DNA of 64,000 nt. Origin: an uncultured Actinomycetes bacterium. Its GTDB lineage: Bacteria > Actinomycetota > Actinomycetes > Streptosporangiales > Streptosporangiaceae. Every line of letters starts with the position of its first letter. The stretch's first letter is position 1. Under the pieces are notes generated by a model. That model ran no database searches, was not told where the DNA came from, and was given only the letters and a program-made list of their open reading frames with translations. A program made the translations under genes and the position numbers. This document shows positions 1 through 11,194 of the stretch, one piece after another. The DNA is taken from NCBI GenBank assembly GCA_963809975.1, contig CAWELT010000013.1, positions 56,140 to 120,139 of the forward strand. Reading direction: 5' to 3'.

Positions 1-1275
1 TGGTTGTACTTGATGGCGTTGGAGATCAGGTTGATCAGGACCTGGGAGAGCCGGTGCCGGTCGGCGTGCACCGCCAGGACGGGATGGGGACAGTCCTGGA
101 TGATCCGGATCCCGCGTTCGGCGGCGATCGGCGCCATCAGCTGGCGGGACTCCTCGGTGAGGGGGCAGACCAGGACCGGCTCAACAGAGAGGCTCAGATC
201 ACCCGATTCGATCCGGGCGATGTCGATGAGCTCGTTGATCAGCGTGAGCAGATGACGCCCTGCGCCGAGGATTCGCGCGACGGCGTCGCTGTCCTCGGCG
301 CTGAGTTCGGACATCTGGAGGAGTTGCGTGAAGCCGAGGATCGAGTTGAGCGGGGTTCGCAGCTCGTGGCTCGTGCTGGACAGGAAGGAGTTCTTCGCCC
401 GGGTGGCTGTCATGGCCGCATCCCTGGCCGTGGTCAGCTCTTCGGCCCGGCTGGCGAGCAGCTTTTCGGCCTGCAGATGTGACTCGGCGACGCGGCCGAT
501 TTCGTCACCCGCATGGATAATGGGTGCCAGCGGCTGTCCCTCGCCCAGCCGGCGCGCGTTTTCCGCGTTCAGGCCGACCCGCCGGGCGATGCCCGAGGCG
601 AACAGGGCGACGCCGGCCAGCCCGGCGAGCAGGCCCAGTGCGAGACCGGCGACGTCGAGCAGCTCAATCTGTGTCTGCAGCGCGGTGATCTTGTTGTGCT
701 GGATCGCTACCAGGTCGTTGGGGTGGTCGGCGAGACTGGCGGCCTGGCGGCGCAGCAGGTCCACAGTGTTTTTCTGGTTCTCCAGCGCGGCGCGCAAGTT
801 CCCGGCGGAGATACCGTGGCTGACGGCAGATCGCAGCTGGGCGAGCTGGAAGAGCACCTTGCCCGTGATAGCGTCCACCGCCTGTTGCTGCGGGACGGCG
901 CCTTCTACGACGGCCGTTTCCCGCAGCGACCTGCGCTCCGCGCCGATGCGCGTCAGCGTGAGATTGTAAGGGCTGAGGAAAAACGGGTCGCGGGTCGCGG
1001 CGTAGCCGCGGATACCCGTCTCCGCGTTCACCGCGTCGGCGAGCACCTGGCTGGCTGCGCTGGAAAGGTTACGGGCGTTTATGCTGACGTTTCGTTCATT
1101 TGTTTTGATCATGCTGGAGCAGCAGGTTCGCGGAGGTGATGCCCATCAGGGCGATCAGCGGCACCGCGACCACGATCAGGCCCTTCACCCGCAAGGACCG
1201 GTCGAGCCACCACTGCCGGAGCCCGCGCGCCTGGTCAGGCCCAGGCGTCGGTGAACCCGCTGTCCGTGATCTCAT
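1..1275 (-). pseudogene. CHASE3-domain sensor histidine kinase; C-terminal end cut by the window edge; N-terminal TM leader is one frame off (frameshift about 1096-1112)
   Basis: My own minus-strand translation from ATG 1112 (not in the track because it runs off the edge) reads MIKTNERNVSINARNLSSAASQVLADAVNAETGIRGYAATRDPFFLSPY (CHASE3-like). It continues to the H-box SFLSSTSHELRTPLNSILGF and the N-box VLINLISNAIKYN at position 1. The TM leader LRVKGLIVVAVPLIALMGITSANLLLQHDQNK (tail of ORF 1096..1539, Met at 1275) is contiguous but in another frame. Confidence 0.8.
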
Positions 1276-1397
1276 CCGGTCCCCCCGGCTATTACCTAAA
1301 GTAGCACACTCATCACTACATGTTACAACAGCCCCGGTGTGAGCCGGTCGTTGTGGTGGCCCATGCGCGGTATAGGGAGCGAGCCTCGGGTAGACCG

Positions 1398-2069
1398 TCA
1401 GCCGTGACCGGTGAGACGGAGGGCGCACCAGAGGGCGGCGGTGGCGCCGGCCAGGCCGAGCGGCACCGTCGCCAGCCCCAGCCGGGTGAACTCGCCGAGT
1501 TCCACCTCGTGATCCCGTTCGGCCAGCAGCCGGCGCCACAGCAGGGTGGCCAGTGAGCCCGCGTAGGTGAGGTTCGGGCCGATGTTCACGCCGATCAGCA
1601 CGGCGAGCACCGGGCCGGCGAGGTGCGCCGGGGAGGTGCCGATCCCGGTGATCGCGGCGAGCAGCACGAGCACCGCCGGCAGGTTATTGACCAGGTTCGC
1701 GACGGCCGCCGCGATGGCCGCGATGGCCAGCAGCGCAGGCAGCGACGAGCCGTGCGGCAGCCCCCGCGCGATCGCCGACCCGAGCCCGTTCCCGACCAGG
1801 GCCCGGACGACCAGGCCCAGACCCAGCACGAACAGCAGGAACGGAATCCCGGCGGCCCGGACGAGGCCGGCCACCGAGGTCTCCCGGCGGGCCAGCGCCC
1901 GGACAGCCAGGGCCAGCGCCCCGCCGAACGCGGCCCACGCCGGGTTCACCCCCACGAACGAGGTCACCGCGAATCCCGCGAGCGTCGCCACCACCACGGC
2001 GAGCGGGAACAGCGGAACCCGCTCGCCGTCCGGACCCCCGCCGGCGGGCGCGTCCGTGCCCGCGTCCAT
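1398..2069 (-). CDS. ArsB/NhaD-superfamily permease, C-terminal half only (223 aa)
   Basis: Fully hydrophobic ORF with AAVANLVNNLPAVLVLL and GVNIGPNLTYAGSLATLLW, typical of the second repeat of ArsB/citrate-transporter-fold permeases. No matching N-terminal half lies upstream before the divergent exonuclease gene. Confidence 0.55.
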   Translation of the reverse strand: MDAGTDAPAGGGPDGERVPLFPLAVVVATLAGFAVTSFVGVNPAWAAFGGALALAVRALARRETSVAGLVRAAGIPFLLFVLGLGLVVRALVGNGLGSAIARGLPHGSSLPALLAIAAIAAAVANLVNNLPAVLVLLAAITGIGTSPAHLAGPVLAVLIGVNIGPNLTYAGSLATLLWRRLLAERDHEVELGEFTRLGLATVPLGLAGATAALWCALRLTGHG

Positions 2070-2339
2070 GTCCGGCTCGGGTTCGGCCCGTGGTCCGTGC
2101 AGCGGGCGCCCTGGCCGCGGCGCCCGCTGCGGCAGTCACGCTGCTCGCCACGGACCGTCATTCCGCAATTATGGTCATGCCGCCAGGTCACGGTCCTCGC
2201 GGCCCGGGGAAGACCCCGTACAGCGATGCTGACGCCGACGTGCCGCCGCGTGTGCCTGTGCCAGTCGCGGTGCCGACGTCGATGCAAGTGGCGCCGGCGG
2301 GTCGGGAGGAACTGGCAGGATGGCGGGGTGGGCTCGCTC

Positions 2340-3161
2340 ATGCTGCTGGACACCGCCTCGCTGTACTACCGCGCGTTCTACGGTGTGCCCGACACCGTCA
2401 CTGCGCCGGACGGGACGCCGGTCAACGCCGTGCGCGGGCTGCTGGACATGATCGCGCGGCTGGTCCGCGGGCGCGACCCGGCCCGCCTGATCGCGTGCTG
2501 GGACGAGGACTGGCGGCCCGAGTTCCGGGTGGCCGCGGTGCCGTCCTACAAGGCGCACCGGGTCGCGCAGGGCAACGAGGAGCAGACGCCGCCCGCGCTG
2601 ATCCCGCAGGTTCCGGTCATCCGTGAGGTCCTGGACGCCGCGGGGATCCCCGTGGCCGGCGCGAGCGGCTACGAGGCCGACGACGTGATCGCCACGCTCG
2701 CGGTCGCCGCCGGGCAGCCGGTCGACGTCGTGACCGGGGACCGTGACCTGTTCCAGCTCGTGGACGACGAGCGTGGCGTGCGCATCATCTACACCGTGCG
2801 CGGGCTGACCAAGCTGGAGATCGTCGACGAGGGCGCGGTGACCGCGCGGTACGGGATCCCGGGCCGCGCGTACGCGGACTTCGCGGTGCTGCGCGGCGAC
2901 CCGAGTGACGGGCTGCCGGGGGTGCCCGGGGTGGGGGAGAAGACCGCCGCGGCCCTGGTCCGCTCGTTCGGCGGCATCGACGACATCATCGCGGCGGTGG
3001 ACAAGGGGCACGGCGGCTTCCCGCCCGGCAGCCGGGCCAAGCTCACCTCCGCCCGCGATTACCTCGATGTCGCCCCGGCCGTGGTGCGTACCGCCACCGA
3101 CGTGCCGCTGCCGCCCATCGCCGGGGACCTCCCGGCCACGCTCGCCGACCCGGCCGGCTGA
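2340..3161 (+). CDS. 5'-3' exonuclease (FEN / Pol I N-terminal domain-like)
   Basis: C-terminal 273 aa of ORF 1623..3161: MLLDTASLYYRAFYG, GYEADDVIATLA, VVTGDRDLFQLV, and the H3TH motif GLPGVPGVGEKTAAALV. Start placed at ATG 2340 (in-frame GTG at 2328 also possible). The upstream part of the ORF is Arg-rich nonsense. Confidence 0.85.
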   Translation: MLLDTASLYYRAFYGVPDTVTAPDGTPVNAVRGLLDMIARLVRGRDPARLIACWDEDWRPEFRVAAVPSYKAHRVAQGNEEQTPPALIPQVPVIREVLDAAGIPVAGASGYEADDVIATLAVAAGQPVDVVTGDRDLFQLVDDERGVRIIYTVRGLTKLEIVDEGAVTARYGIPGRAYADFAVLRGDPSDGLPGVPGVGEKTAAALVRSFGGIDDIIAAVDKGHGGFPPGSRAKLTSARDYLDVAPAVVRTATDVPLPPIAGDLPATLADPAG

Positions 3162-3293
3162 AGGAGCTGGGCGAGCGGTGGCGGCTGGGCTCGTCGCTGT
3201 CCCGGTTCGTCTCGGCCGTCACCGGCCAGTGAGGCCCAGCGGCACGATGAACGATGGCAGGTAACGACCAAACAGAAGGGAGGCAACCGATCG

Positions 3294-4407
3294 ATGTCTG
3301 GGTCAGCCCTGTTCCCGGCCAGCCGGCTCGAGGACGCGGCCGAGCGGGTGCGTACGGGGGGACTCGACGCGGTGCTGCTGACGCCCGGTCCCGACCTGCG
3401 CTACGTCACCGGGTACGACGCCAAGCAGCTGGAGCGCCTGACCTGCCTGGTGATCCCGGCCTGCGGCGCGCCGGTCCTGGTCGTCCCGCGGCTGGAACTG
3501 GCGGCTGCGCAGGCGTCACCGGCCTCGGGCCTCGGGCTGGAGATGATCGCCTGGGAGGAAACCGAGGATCCGTACGCCCTGATCGCCCGGCGGCTGGGCC
3601 CGGTCGGGGTAGCCGGGCTCGCGGACCAGATGTGGGCCCTGATGGTGCTGCGGCTCCGCGACGCGATGCCGGGGGCCCGCCAGGTCCTGGCCAGCTCGGC
3701 GCTGCGGGACCTGCGGATGCGCAAGAGCCCCGCCGAGGTCGAGGCGCTGCGGGAGGCCGGGGCCGCGATCGACCGGGTGCAGGCGCGGGTCCCCGGCTGG
3801 CTCAAGGCCGGCCGGACCGAACGTGAGGTGGGAACGCTGATCGCCGAGGCCATCCTGGCCGAGGGGCACACCCAGGTGGATTTCGTGATCGTCGGCTCCG
3901 GCCCGAACGCGGCCAGCCCGCACCACGAGGTCTCCGACCGGGTGCTGCGCCCGGGGGACGCCGTGGTCGTGGACATCGGCGGCATGATGCCGTCCGGCTA
4001 CCGTTCCGACTGCACCCGGACCTACGCGATCGGCGAGCCGCCCGCGGACTTCCTCGCCTACTACCAGGTGCTGAGGGACGCGCAGGAGGCGGCGTACCGG
4101 GCCGTCCGCCCCGGTGTGCGCGCCGAGGCCATCGACGCTGCCGCCCGTGAGCCGATCACCCGGGCGGGGTACGGCGCGGCGTTCATTCACCGCACCGGGC
4201 ACGGCATCGGCCTGGAGTCGCACGAGGATCCCTACATCGTGGCGGGCAACGCCGAGGCCGCTCAGCCCGGGCATGGCGTTCTCGATCGAACCGGGCATCT
4301 ATCCCGGGCCGAATGGGGCCCGCATCGAGGACATCGTGGTGTGCACGGACGAGGGCGGCGAGCGCCTGAACAACGCGACCCGCGACCTCATCCTGGTCGA
4401 CGGCTGA
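3294..4407 (+). pseudogene. M24-family Xaa-Pro dipeptidase/aminopeptidase, one frameshift near 4257-4260
   Basis: ORF 3294..4736 carries the creatinase-like N-domain and the M24 core up to [23 protein letters not shown]. The conserved end [28 protein letters not shown]...LILVDG is in ORF 4114..4407, a different frame. Confidence 0.85.
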
Positions 4408-4417
4408 CCGGGGCGGG

Positions 4418-5347
4418 TCAGCGGTCGGGGGGCGTGTCGCCGCGGCCCTGCTGGTCGGCGAGGAAGCGCTCGAACTGGGCCGCCAGCTCGTCCGCGGTCG
4501 GCATCCGCTCGCCATCGAGCAGGCCGTCCTCCGCGCCCTCAGTGCCTGATTCCGCGAGCGAGTCGTACTGCCGCTCCAGTGCGGTGACCAGCTCGGCGAC
4601 CTCGGACGATTCCCCGACCTGCCGGTCGATTTCGCTGTTCGTCCGGTCGGCGGCCCGGCGGAGCGCGTCACTGGGCAGGTCCAGGCCGGTGGCGGCGCAA
4701 ACCTTGTCCAGCAGCGTGACCGCGGCCTCGGGGTAGACGGCCTGCGCCAGATAGTGCGGCACGTTGACGGCGAAGCCGAGCGCGTCCCGGCAGGCCTGGC
4801 CCAGGCGCAGTTCCAGGAGCGCCGCAGCGCTGCCGGGAACCTGGAGCTTGCTCGGCATCTGCTGGCGGCCGTCGATCAGCTCGGGACGCGTCCCGTGACT
4901 GATGACGCCGAGCGGCCGGGTATGCGGAACGCCCATCGGTATGCCGTGGAATCCGATCAGCGGACCGCCGCCCACCCGGGCGGACACCGACTGCACGGCC
5001 GCCGCGAACAGCTCCCACTCGTGGTCCGGCTCGGGCCCGGACAGCAGCAGGAACGGCGCGCCGGTCAGGTCCTTCATCAGGCGGATGGCCAGTTCCGGGC
5101 ACTCGTAGTCTTCCCAGTGGTCGGTCGAGTAGGTCATCATCGGGCGCCGGGACCGGTAGTCGATCAGGCGGTCGACGTCGAACGTAGCGATCGCCTCGGA
5201 CTCGCATACGGCCATCAGATGGTCGGCCAGCAGGCGCCCGGCCCCGCCAGCGTCCATGAAGCCCTCGAGGTGGTGCAGCATCGCCGCGCCGTCCAGGTCC
5301 GGCACATCCGCGCCCAGCTCGTACAGGTCTTCCGGATCCCGCTCCAT
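4418..5347 (-). CDS. PAC2 (proteasome assembly chaperone 2-like) family protein
   Basis: 309-aa ORF with full-length resemblance to actinobacterial PAC2 proteins: LHHLEGFMDAGGAG, FLLLSGPEPDHEWE, HGIPMGVPHTRP, acidic C-terminal tail. Confidence 0.8.
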   Translation of the reverse strand: MERDPEDLYELGADVPDLDGAAMLHHLEGFMDAGGAGRLLADHLMAVCESEAIATFDVDRLIDYRSRRPMMTYSTDHWEDYECPELAIRLMKDLTGAPFLLLSGPEPDHEWELFAAAVQSVSARVGGGPLIGFHGIPMGVPHTRPLGVISHGTRPELIDGRQQMPSKLQVPGSAAALLELRLGQACRDALGFAVNVPHYLAQAVYPEAAVTLLDKVCAATGLDLPSDALRRAADRTNSEIDRQVGESSEVAELVTALERQYDSLAESGTEGAEDGLLDGERMPTADELAAQFERFLADQQGRGDTPPDR

Positions 5348-5779
5348 GATGAAATTCTCCCACTAATCCGCACCAGGCTGACACCCGCTGCTGAGCCCTA
5401 CAACACCAGGGCAGGCAGCTTTCCATCCCCGAGCCCCGACGAACTCCGCGAGCCGGGAGGGCTTCTGCCCTCCCGGCCCCCGAGCATCGCCCGTCCGGGC
5501 GGGTTACGGCGAGGCGCCCATACCGGCCCAGCGAGTACCCGGCTTTAGCCCGGGCGAGTGGCGGGTTTCTCGGCGAAGTACCCCAGCGGGGCGCGAAGCG
5601 CAGCGGGGGGTTCCGGGGGCCCACTCCAAATGGCAAACACCGGACCGCGCCCGCCGCCGGGCGATAGAATGGACGGCCGACGTGACCGGCCAGGGGCCCA
5701 TCAGGTCAGGAAGGAGCTCCACAGAACGGCACCCACCCAGGCAAAGTCAAAAGCAAAGGTGAAGGTCAAGGTAAAAAGG

Positions 5780-5806
5780 CAAGATCAAGATCAAGATCAA
5801 GATCAA
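5780..5806. repeat. hexanucleotide microsatellite (CAAGAT)x4.5 inside a lower-GC spacer
   Basis: Read directly: caagatcaagatcaagatcaagatcaa. It is preceded by the AAG/GT-rich run aaagcaaaggtgaaggtcaaggtaaaaagg. Confidence 0.9.
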
Positions 5807-6167
5807 ACCCACGGTGGTAACCCACCGCACACATGACCGGGGAAGGTACAAGCACAAGCGCACCAGGTACCCACCGTAGCCAATGAACGAGGAAACAGCG
5901 TGGCTCCCCGGTACCGGTCAAACCGAGTGCTACAGGAGCTCCTCATTGGCGGGACAAAGCATGCTGAACCAGGACGAGCGGCCTTTAAACAGCATAACGA
6001 CGCAACCCGTATCAATTCATCAGCTCCTTTACGCTGAAAATCAGCGAGCAGCGCCCCCCGGGTGTACTCTGACAGAGAGAGTCCTGGGGCTTTGCTAATA
6101 CCGGTGTCACGCGCGGGGAAGCGCAGGCCCTGGACTCTACGGCTTATGCCGGCACCGGGGAGATGTC

Positions 6168-7547
6168 ATGGCCCAGACAGCGATAGAGCGTATCTTGTCC
6201 GGCAGCAGCGGGATTCCTGCCCAGCTTTTCGCGGCGCTGATCAGCACGTCGGATGACGCTATCGTGGTCAAATCACTCGACGGGATGATATTGACCTGGA
6301 ATCAGGGTGCCATGCGCATGTATGGGTACACTCCGGACGAGGCGATCGGCCAGCCGATGGTGATGCTGTGTCCTCCAGATCGGAGCGGCGAGATCGCGGA
6401 CATCTTGGTTGGGATCAGGGCCGGCGAGCGCATTTTGCACTACGAGACGGTGAGGCAGCACAAGGACGGCACCACCTTCCCGGAGTCGGTGTCAATATCT
6501 CCTATCAACGACGAGTACGGGACCACGATCGCCGCAGCCTCCATCTCCCGGGACATGACCGAGCAGGGCCAGGCCCGTGCGGCCGCCACACTTGCCACCC
6601 AGAACAAGGACATCGAGCTAGCCAACGAGAACCTGACGAGCTTCACCTACTCGGTCTCCCACGACCTGCGTTCTCCGCTCCGGGCGCTAGCTGGTTACAG
6701 CGGCCTGCTGCTGGAAGAGTGCAGGGACGCTCTCAGCGAGGAAGGCCGAGGCTACGCCGAGCGGATCGCTGCCGCCAGCCAGCAAATGGCCACGCTCATC
6801 GACGACCTGCTGGATCTCTCTCGCATTACGCGAGCCGCCATGCACCTTGACACCGTCGACCTCAGCGCCGAGGTCGACGACATCGGCAGGCAACTTCAGC
6901 GCGAGGAGCCAGGCCGGGACGTCCGCTTCCGTATCCAGCGCCTAGTCCAGGTACGAGCAAATCCCGCTCTCATCCGTACAGTCCTGCAGAACCTGGTAAA
7001 GAATGCGTGGAAGTTCACCTCGCACCGGGCCGGTGCGCTGATTGAGTTCGGTACGACGCCGACGGGAAATGCCCCCGTCTGCTGCTACGTGCGCGACAAC
7101 GGCGCGGGCTTTGACCCCCTCTATGTGAGCAAACTGTTCCAGCCATTCCAGCGGCTGCACTCGACGGGCGAATTCTCCGGCACAGGCATCGGCCTTGCTA
7201 ATGTCAGGCAGATCGTGGAACGGCACGGAGGCCGCGCATGGGCCGAGGGCAAGGTAGGCGAAGGCGCGGCCATGTACTTCACCCTCAACGCTGAAGAAAT
7301 CCACGGGTCAGCCGGGCCAGCTGGCCCAGCCGGAGCAGCCGGGCCCGCCGGAGTCGCCGGGATGCCGGATGCCGGGCTAGCCGGGGAGACCGGGATAGCC
7401 GGGGCGGCCGGGATAGCGAGGCAGGCCGGGGCGGACGGGATCGCCGGGATAGCCGGTCCAGCCGGGGCCGCCGGGCTAGCCGGGAAAGCCGGGGCCGCCG
7501 GGCTAGGGGAAAACCGGGGCCGCCGGGCTAGCCGGGCTAGCCGGTAA
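6168..7547 (+). CDS. PAS-domain sensor histidine kinase with C-terminal Gly-X-Y repeat extension
   Basis: PAS (DAIVVKSLDGMILTWNQGAMRMYGYTPDEAIGQP), H-box FTYSVSHDLRSPLRAL, N-box LQNLVKNAWKF, G-boxes DNGAGFD and GTGIGLANV. After MYFTLNAEEIHG the same frame continues as [18 protein letters not shown]... to TAA at 7545-7547. Confidence 0.85.
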   Translation: MAQTAIERILSGSSGIPAQLFAALISTSDDAIVVKSLDGMILTWNQGAMRMYGYTPDEAIGQPMVMLCPPDRSGEIADILVGIRAGERILHYETVRQHKDGTTFPESVSISPINDEYGTTIAAASISRDMTEQGQARAAATLATQNKDIELANENLTSFTYSVSHDLRSPLRALAGYSGLLLEECRDALSEEGRGYAERIAAASQQMATLIDDLLDLSRITRAAMHLDTVDLSAEVDDIGRQLQREEPGRDVRFRIQRLVQVRANPALIRTVLQNLVKNAWKFTSHRAGALIEFGTTPTGNAPVCCYVRDNGAGFDPLYVSKLFQPFQRLHSTGEFSGTGIGLANVRQIVERHGGRAWAEGKVGEGAAMYFTLNAEEIHGSAGPAGPAGAAGPAGVAGMPDAGLAGETGIAGAAGIARQAGADGIAGIAGPAGAAGLAGKAGAAGLGENRGRRASRASR

Positions 7548-8020
7548 CGGGGCAGCAGGGGCCACCGGGGCCGCAGGGGAGGCTGGGGCCGCAGGGATAG
7601 CCGGACTAACCGGAGAGACCGGGATAGCCGGGGCCGCCGGGGCAGTAGCCGGGATAGCCGGTCCAGCCGGGGCCGCGGGCTAGCCGGGAAAGGGGCCGGG
7701 GCTAGCCGGGCTAACCGGGGCAGCAGGGGCCACCGGGGCCGCAGGGGAGGCTGGGTCCGCAGGGATGGCCGGGGCTGCCGGGGAGTCTGGGGCCGCTGGG
7801 CCCGCCGGGGCAGCCGGGCAGGCCGGGGAGGCTGGGGCCGGGGGAGGCTGGAGCCGCCGGGACAGCCGGGGCCGCCGGGCCCGCCGGGGAGGCTGGGGCA
7901 GCCGGGGAGGCTGGGGCCGCCGGGCCCGCCGGGGAGGCTGGGGCAGCCGGGGAGGCTGGGGCAGTTGGGGAGGCTGGGGTCGCCGGGCCAGCCGGAGAAG
8001 CGGGAACGGCCGCTTCATGA
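7305..8020 (+). repeat. about 715 bp of GGN-NNN-NNN triplet repeats (collagen-like Gly-X-Y coding potential), split into four frame segments
   Basis: My translation gives [31 protein letters not shown] (7551-7680) and [51 protein letters not shown] (7683-7835). It then gives [59 protein letters not shown], ending at TGA 8018-8020. Blocks 7545-7604 and 7712-7772 are near-identical. Confidence 0.85.
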
Positions 8021-8214
8021 CGTCATTCTTGCCGAACTATGGTCTTGGCCGAGTCCGCTGCGTCGGGGCCAAGCCGCCGTGCGGTTGCCTTGCAGGCCTG
8101 GACACTTCGATCACAGCCAGAGGGATGGCGGCTGCGAGCATGACGGGGGAGGACCAGGACATAACGGAAGGTTGGTTAACTGAGGTCTGATGAAGATCAG
8201 GTCGACGCGATTTT

Positions 8215-8596
8215 TTGAATATGGGCCCTGGTGCTGACAGAGCTGTTGCCGACATTCCGGGCCGATTAGCGAGCCATTACAGTAATGCCCCGGTCAGAGT
8301 CACTGGCAGGCATGGCCTGCCCTTGCTGACCGCGCGGGGGCTGATCGTCACCGGGCCGACGATCCGGGCGATCCGGCACCGCTGGCGGCCCACTCACACG
8401 ATCCCCGCCACCGCGTTGATGCGGCACTGTGTGATCGTCGGCCCGGAACACGGGGTCGGGGAAACGAACCTGATGGTGCGGCTGCGGGCGGGCTGGTACG
8501 CCGCCGCCGTGGCCGCGACCGACTGGGCTGCGCCGCGCCCCCAAGATCATGTTGCCCATTTGACGGGCACACTGGGCCGTCCCGGGCCAAGCACAG

Positions 8597-8625
<29 letters not shown>
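8215..8625 (+). CDS. hypothetical protein (weak)
   Basis: 136-aa ORF with moderately GC3-rich codons and no recognisable motif. Its 3' end overlaps the convergent ABC ATPase gene by about 30 nt. Confidence 0.25.
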
Positions 8626-9829
<1,204 letters not shown>

Positions 9830-10063
9830 AGCGCTCCCTCGCGGTTCTGGGCCCGGGTCGAGGCCCGTGTCAAATGTCCTGGTCGGCAGCGTAACTTCGT
9901 GGTTATCGCGCGTTAAGATCACGGCCATCAATGTTACAGTAGCGTAAAGGTTGAGACCGGTTCGTTATAAAGCTGGCCCGCCGCGAGCCCGGGCGGCCGC
10001 CGCATCGCGGGGGCCGGACCGTACCGGACCGTACCGGGCCGGGCCAGGCGCTACGGTGTCGGG

Positions 10064-10507
10064 GTGGAAGAGATCGACCGCGCCATCGTCGCGCTCCTGT
10101 CCGGTGACGGGCGGATGAGTTTCACCGAGCTGGCCAAGCGGACCGGGCTGTCGGTGTCGGCGGTGCACCAGCGCGTCCGCCGCCTGGAGCAGAACGGGGT
10201 GATCAAGGGCTACGCGGCGCTGTGCAGCGCGGATGAGATCGGTCTCCCGCTGACCGCATTCATCTCGATCAAGCCCTTCGACGCGGCCGCCCCGGACGAC
10301 GTGCCGCAGCGGCTGGAGCCGATCGCGGCGATCGAGGCGTGCCATAGCGTGGCCGGCGACGAGAACTACATCCTCAAGGTGCGGGTGGCTTCCCCGGCGG
10401 CGCTGGAGGACCTGCTGCAGGTGATCAGGGGAGTCGCGGGGGTATCCACGCGGACGACGATCGTGCTGAGCACCCCGTACGAGAACCGGCCGCCGGCCAT
10501 CCCCTGA
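10064..10507 (+). CDS. Lrp/AsnC family transcriptional regulator
   Basis: HTH MSFTELAKRTGLSVSAVHQRVRRLEQNGVIKGY followed by an AsnC/RAM ligand domain (ACHSVAGDENYILKVRV). Confidence 0.9.
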   Translation: MEEIDRAIVALLSGDGRMSFTELAKRTGLSVSAVHQRVRRLEQNGVIKGYAALCSADEIGLPLTAFISIKPFDAAAPDDVPQRLEPIAAIEACHSVAGDENYILKVRVASPAALEDLLQVIRGVAGVSTRTTIVLSTPYENRPPAIP

Positions 10508-10522
10508 CGGACGCGGGCACGG

Positions 10523-11161
10523 TCAGGACTGCTCGCCGGCCGTGCCCGTGCCCGTGTCGTTGCCCGCGCCCGTGTCCCGGGCCCGCAGCCCGTCCAGGGT
10601 GAGGGACAGCAGCCGGTCGGCCTGTTCCGGGGTCCGTTCGGTCGCGACCACGACGCCGTGCACCAGCATCATCACGTCTGGCGCGGTGAGATCGGTGCGC
10701 ACGGCGCCGGCCTCCTGGGCGCGCTCCAGTAGCCGCCCGGCGGTGTCGCGAATGGTCTGGCTGCACGCGCTGATGACATCGGAGTCCCGGCCCCGCGCCG
10801 CGATCAGCGCGCCGGCCAGGCCGCGCTTGGTGACCAGGTAGCTGGCCAGCACGCGCAGCCAGCCCGCGAACGCCTCCCCGGGCGAAGGGGAACTGGCCAG
10901 TTCCTCACCCCGGGCGCAGACCGCGCTGACCTGCGTGCGGAAGACGGCCTCCTGCAGGTCGAGCCGGGTGGGGAAGTGCCGGTAGAGGGTGCCGATCCCG
11001 ACCCCGGCGCGGCGGGCGATGTCCTCCAGCGGCGCGTCGGCGCCGTTTTCCGCGAAGGCCACGGTCGCGGCGGCCAGCAGCCGCTCATGACTGCGCCGCG
11101 CGTCCGCCCGCATCGGCGGCGCGGCGGCCTGCTGCGCGCTGGGGGTGTCAGTTCTGGTCAT
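10523..11161 (-). CDS. TetR/AcrR family transcriptional regulator
   Basis: N-terminal HTH LEDIARRAGVGIGTLYRHFPTR. Divergent from the MFS gene. Confidence 0.9.
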   Translation of the reverse strand: MTRTDTPSAQQAAAPPMRADARRSHERLLAAATVAFAENGADAPLEDIARRAGVGIGTLYRHFPTRLDLQEAVFRTQVSAVCARGEELASSPSPGEAFAGWLRVLASYLVTKRGLAGALIAARGRDSDVISACSQTIRDTAGRLLERAQEAGAVRTDLTAPDVMMLVHGVVVATERTPEQADRLLSLTLDGLRARDTGAGNDTGTGTAGEQS

Positions 11162-11194
11162 CGGCCTTCGTCATCGCTTAATCCGGTTGCTAAG

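Noticed and set aside
7680-8018. Minus-strand Pro-rich ORF ([29 protein letters not shown]…) over the triplet-repeat tract.
   Set aside because: Any GGN-NNN-NNN repeat gives an xxP repeat on the other strand. It has no signal or TM start, no RBS that I can see, and it covers only the last segment of the tract. The plus-strand Gly-X-Y frame is contiguous with the kinase. It cannot be fully excluded without expression data.
7305-8020. Possible CRISPR array or other spaced-repeat structure in the repeat tract and elsewhere.
   Set aside because: The periodicity is 3/9 nt with no 25-40-nt direct repeats separated by unique spacers. No cas genes are present. No other repeat-spacer pattern was seen in the window.
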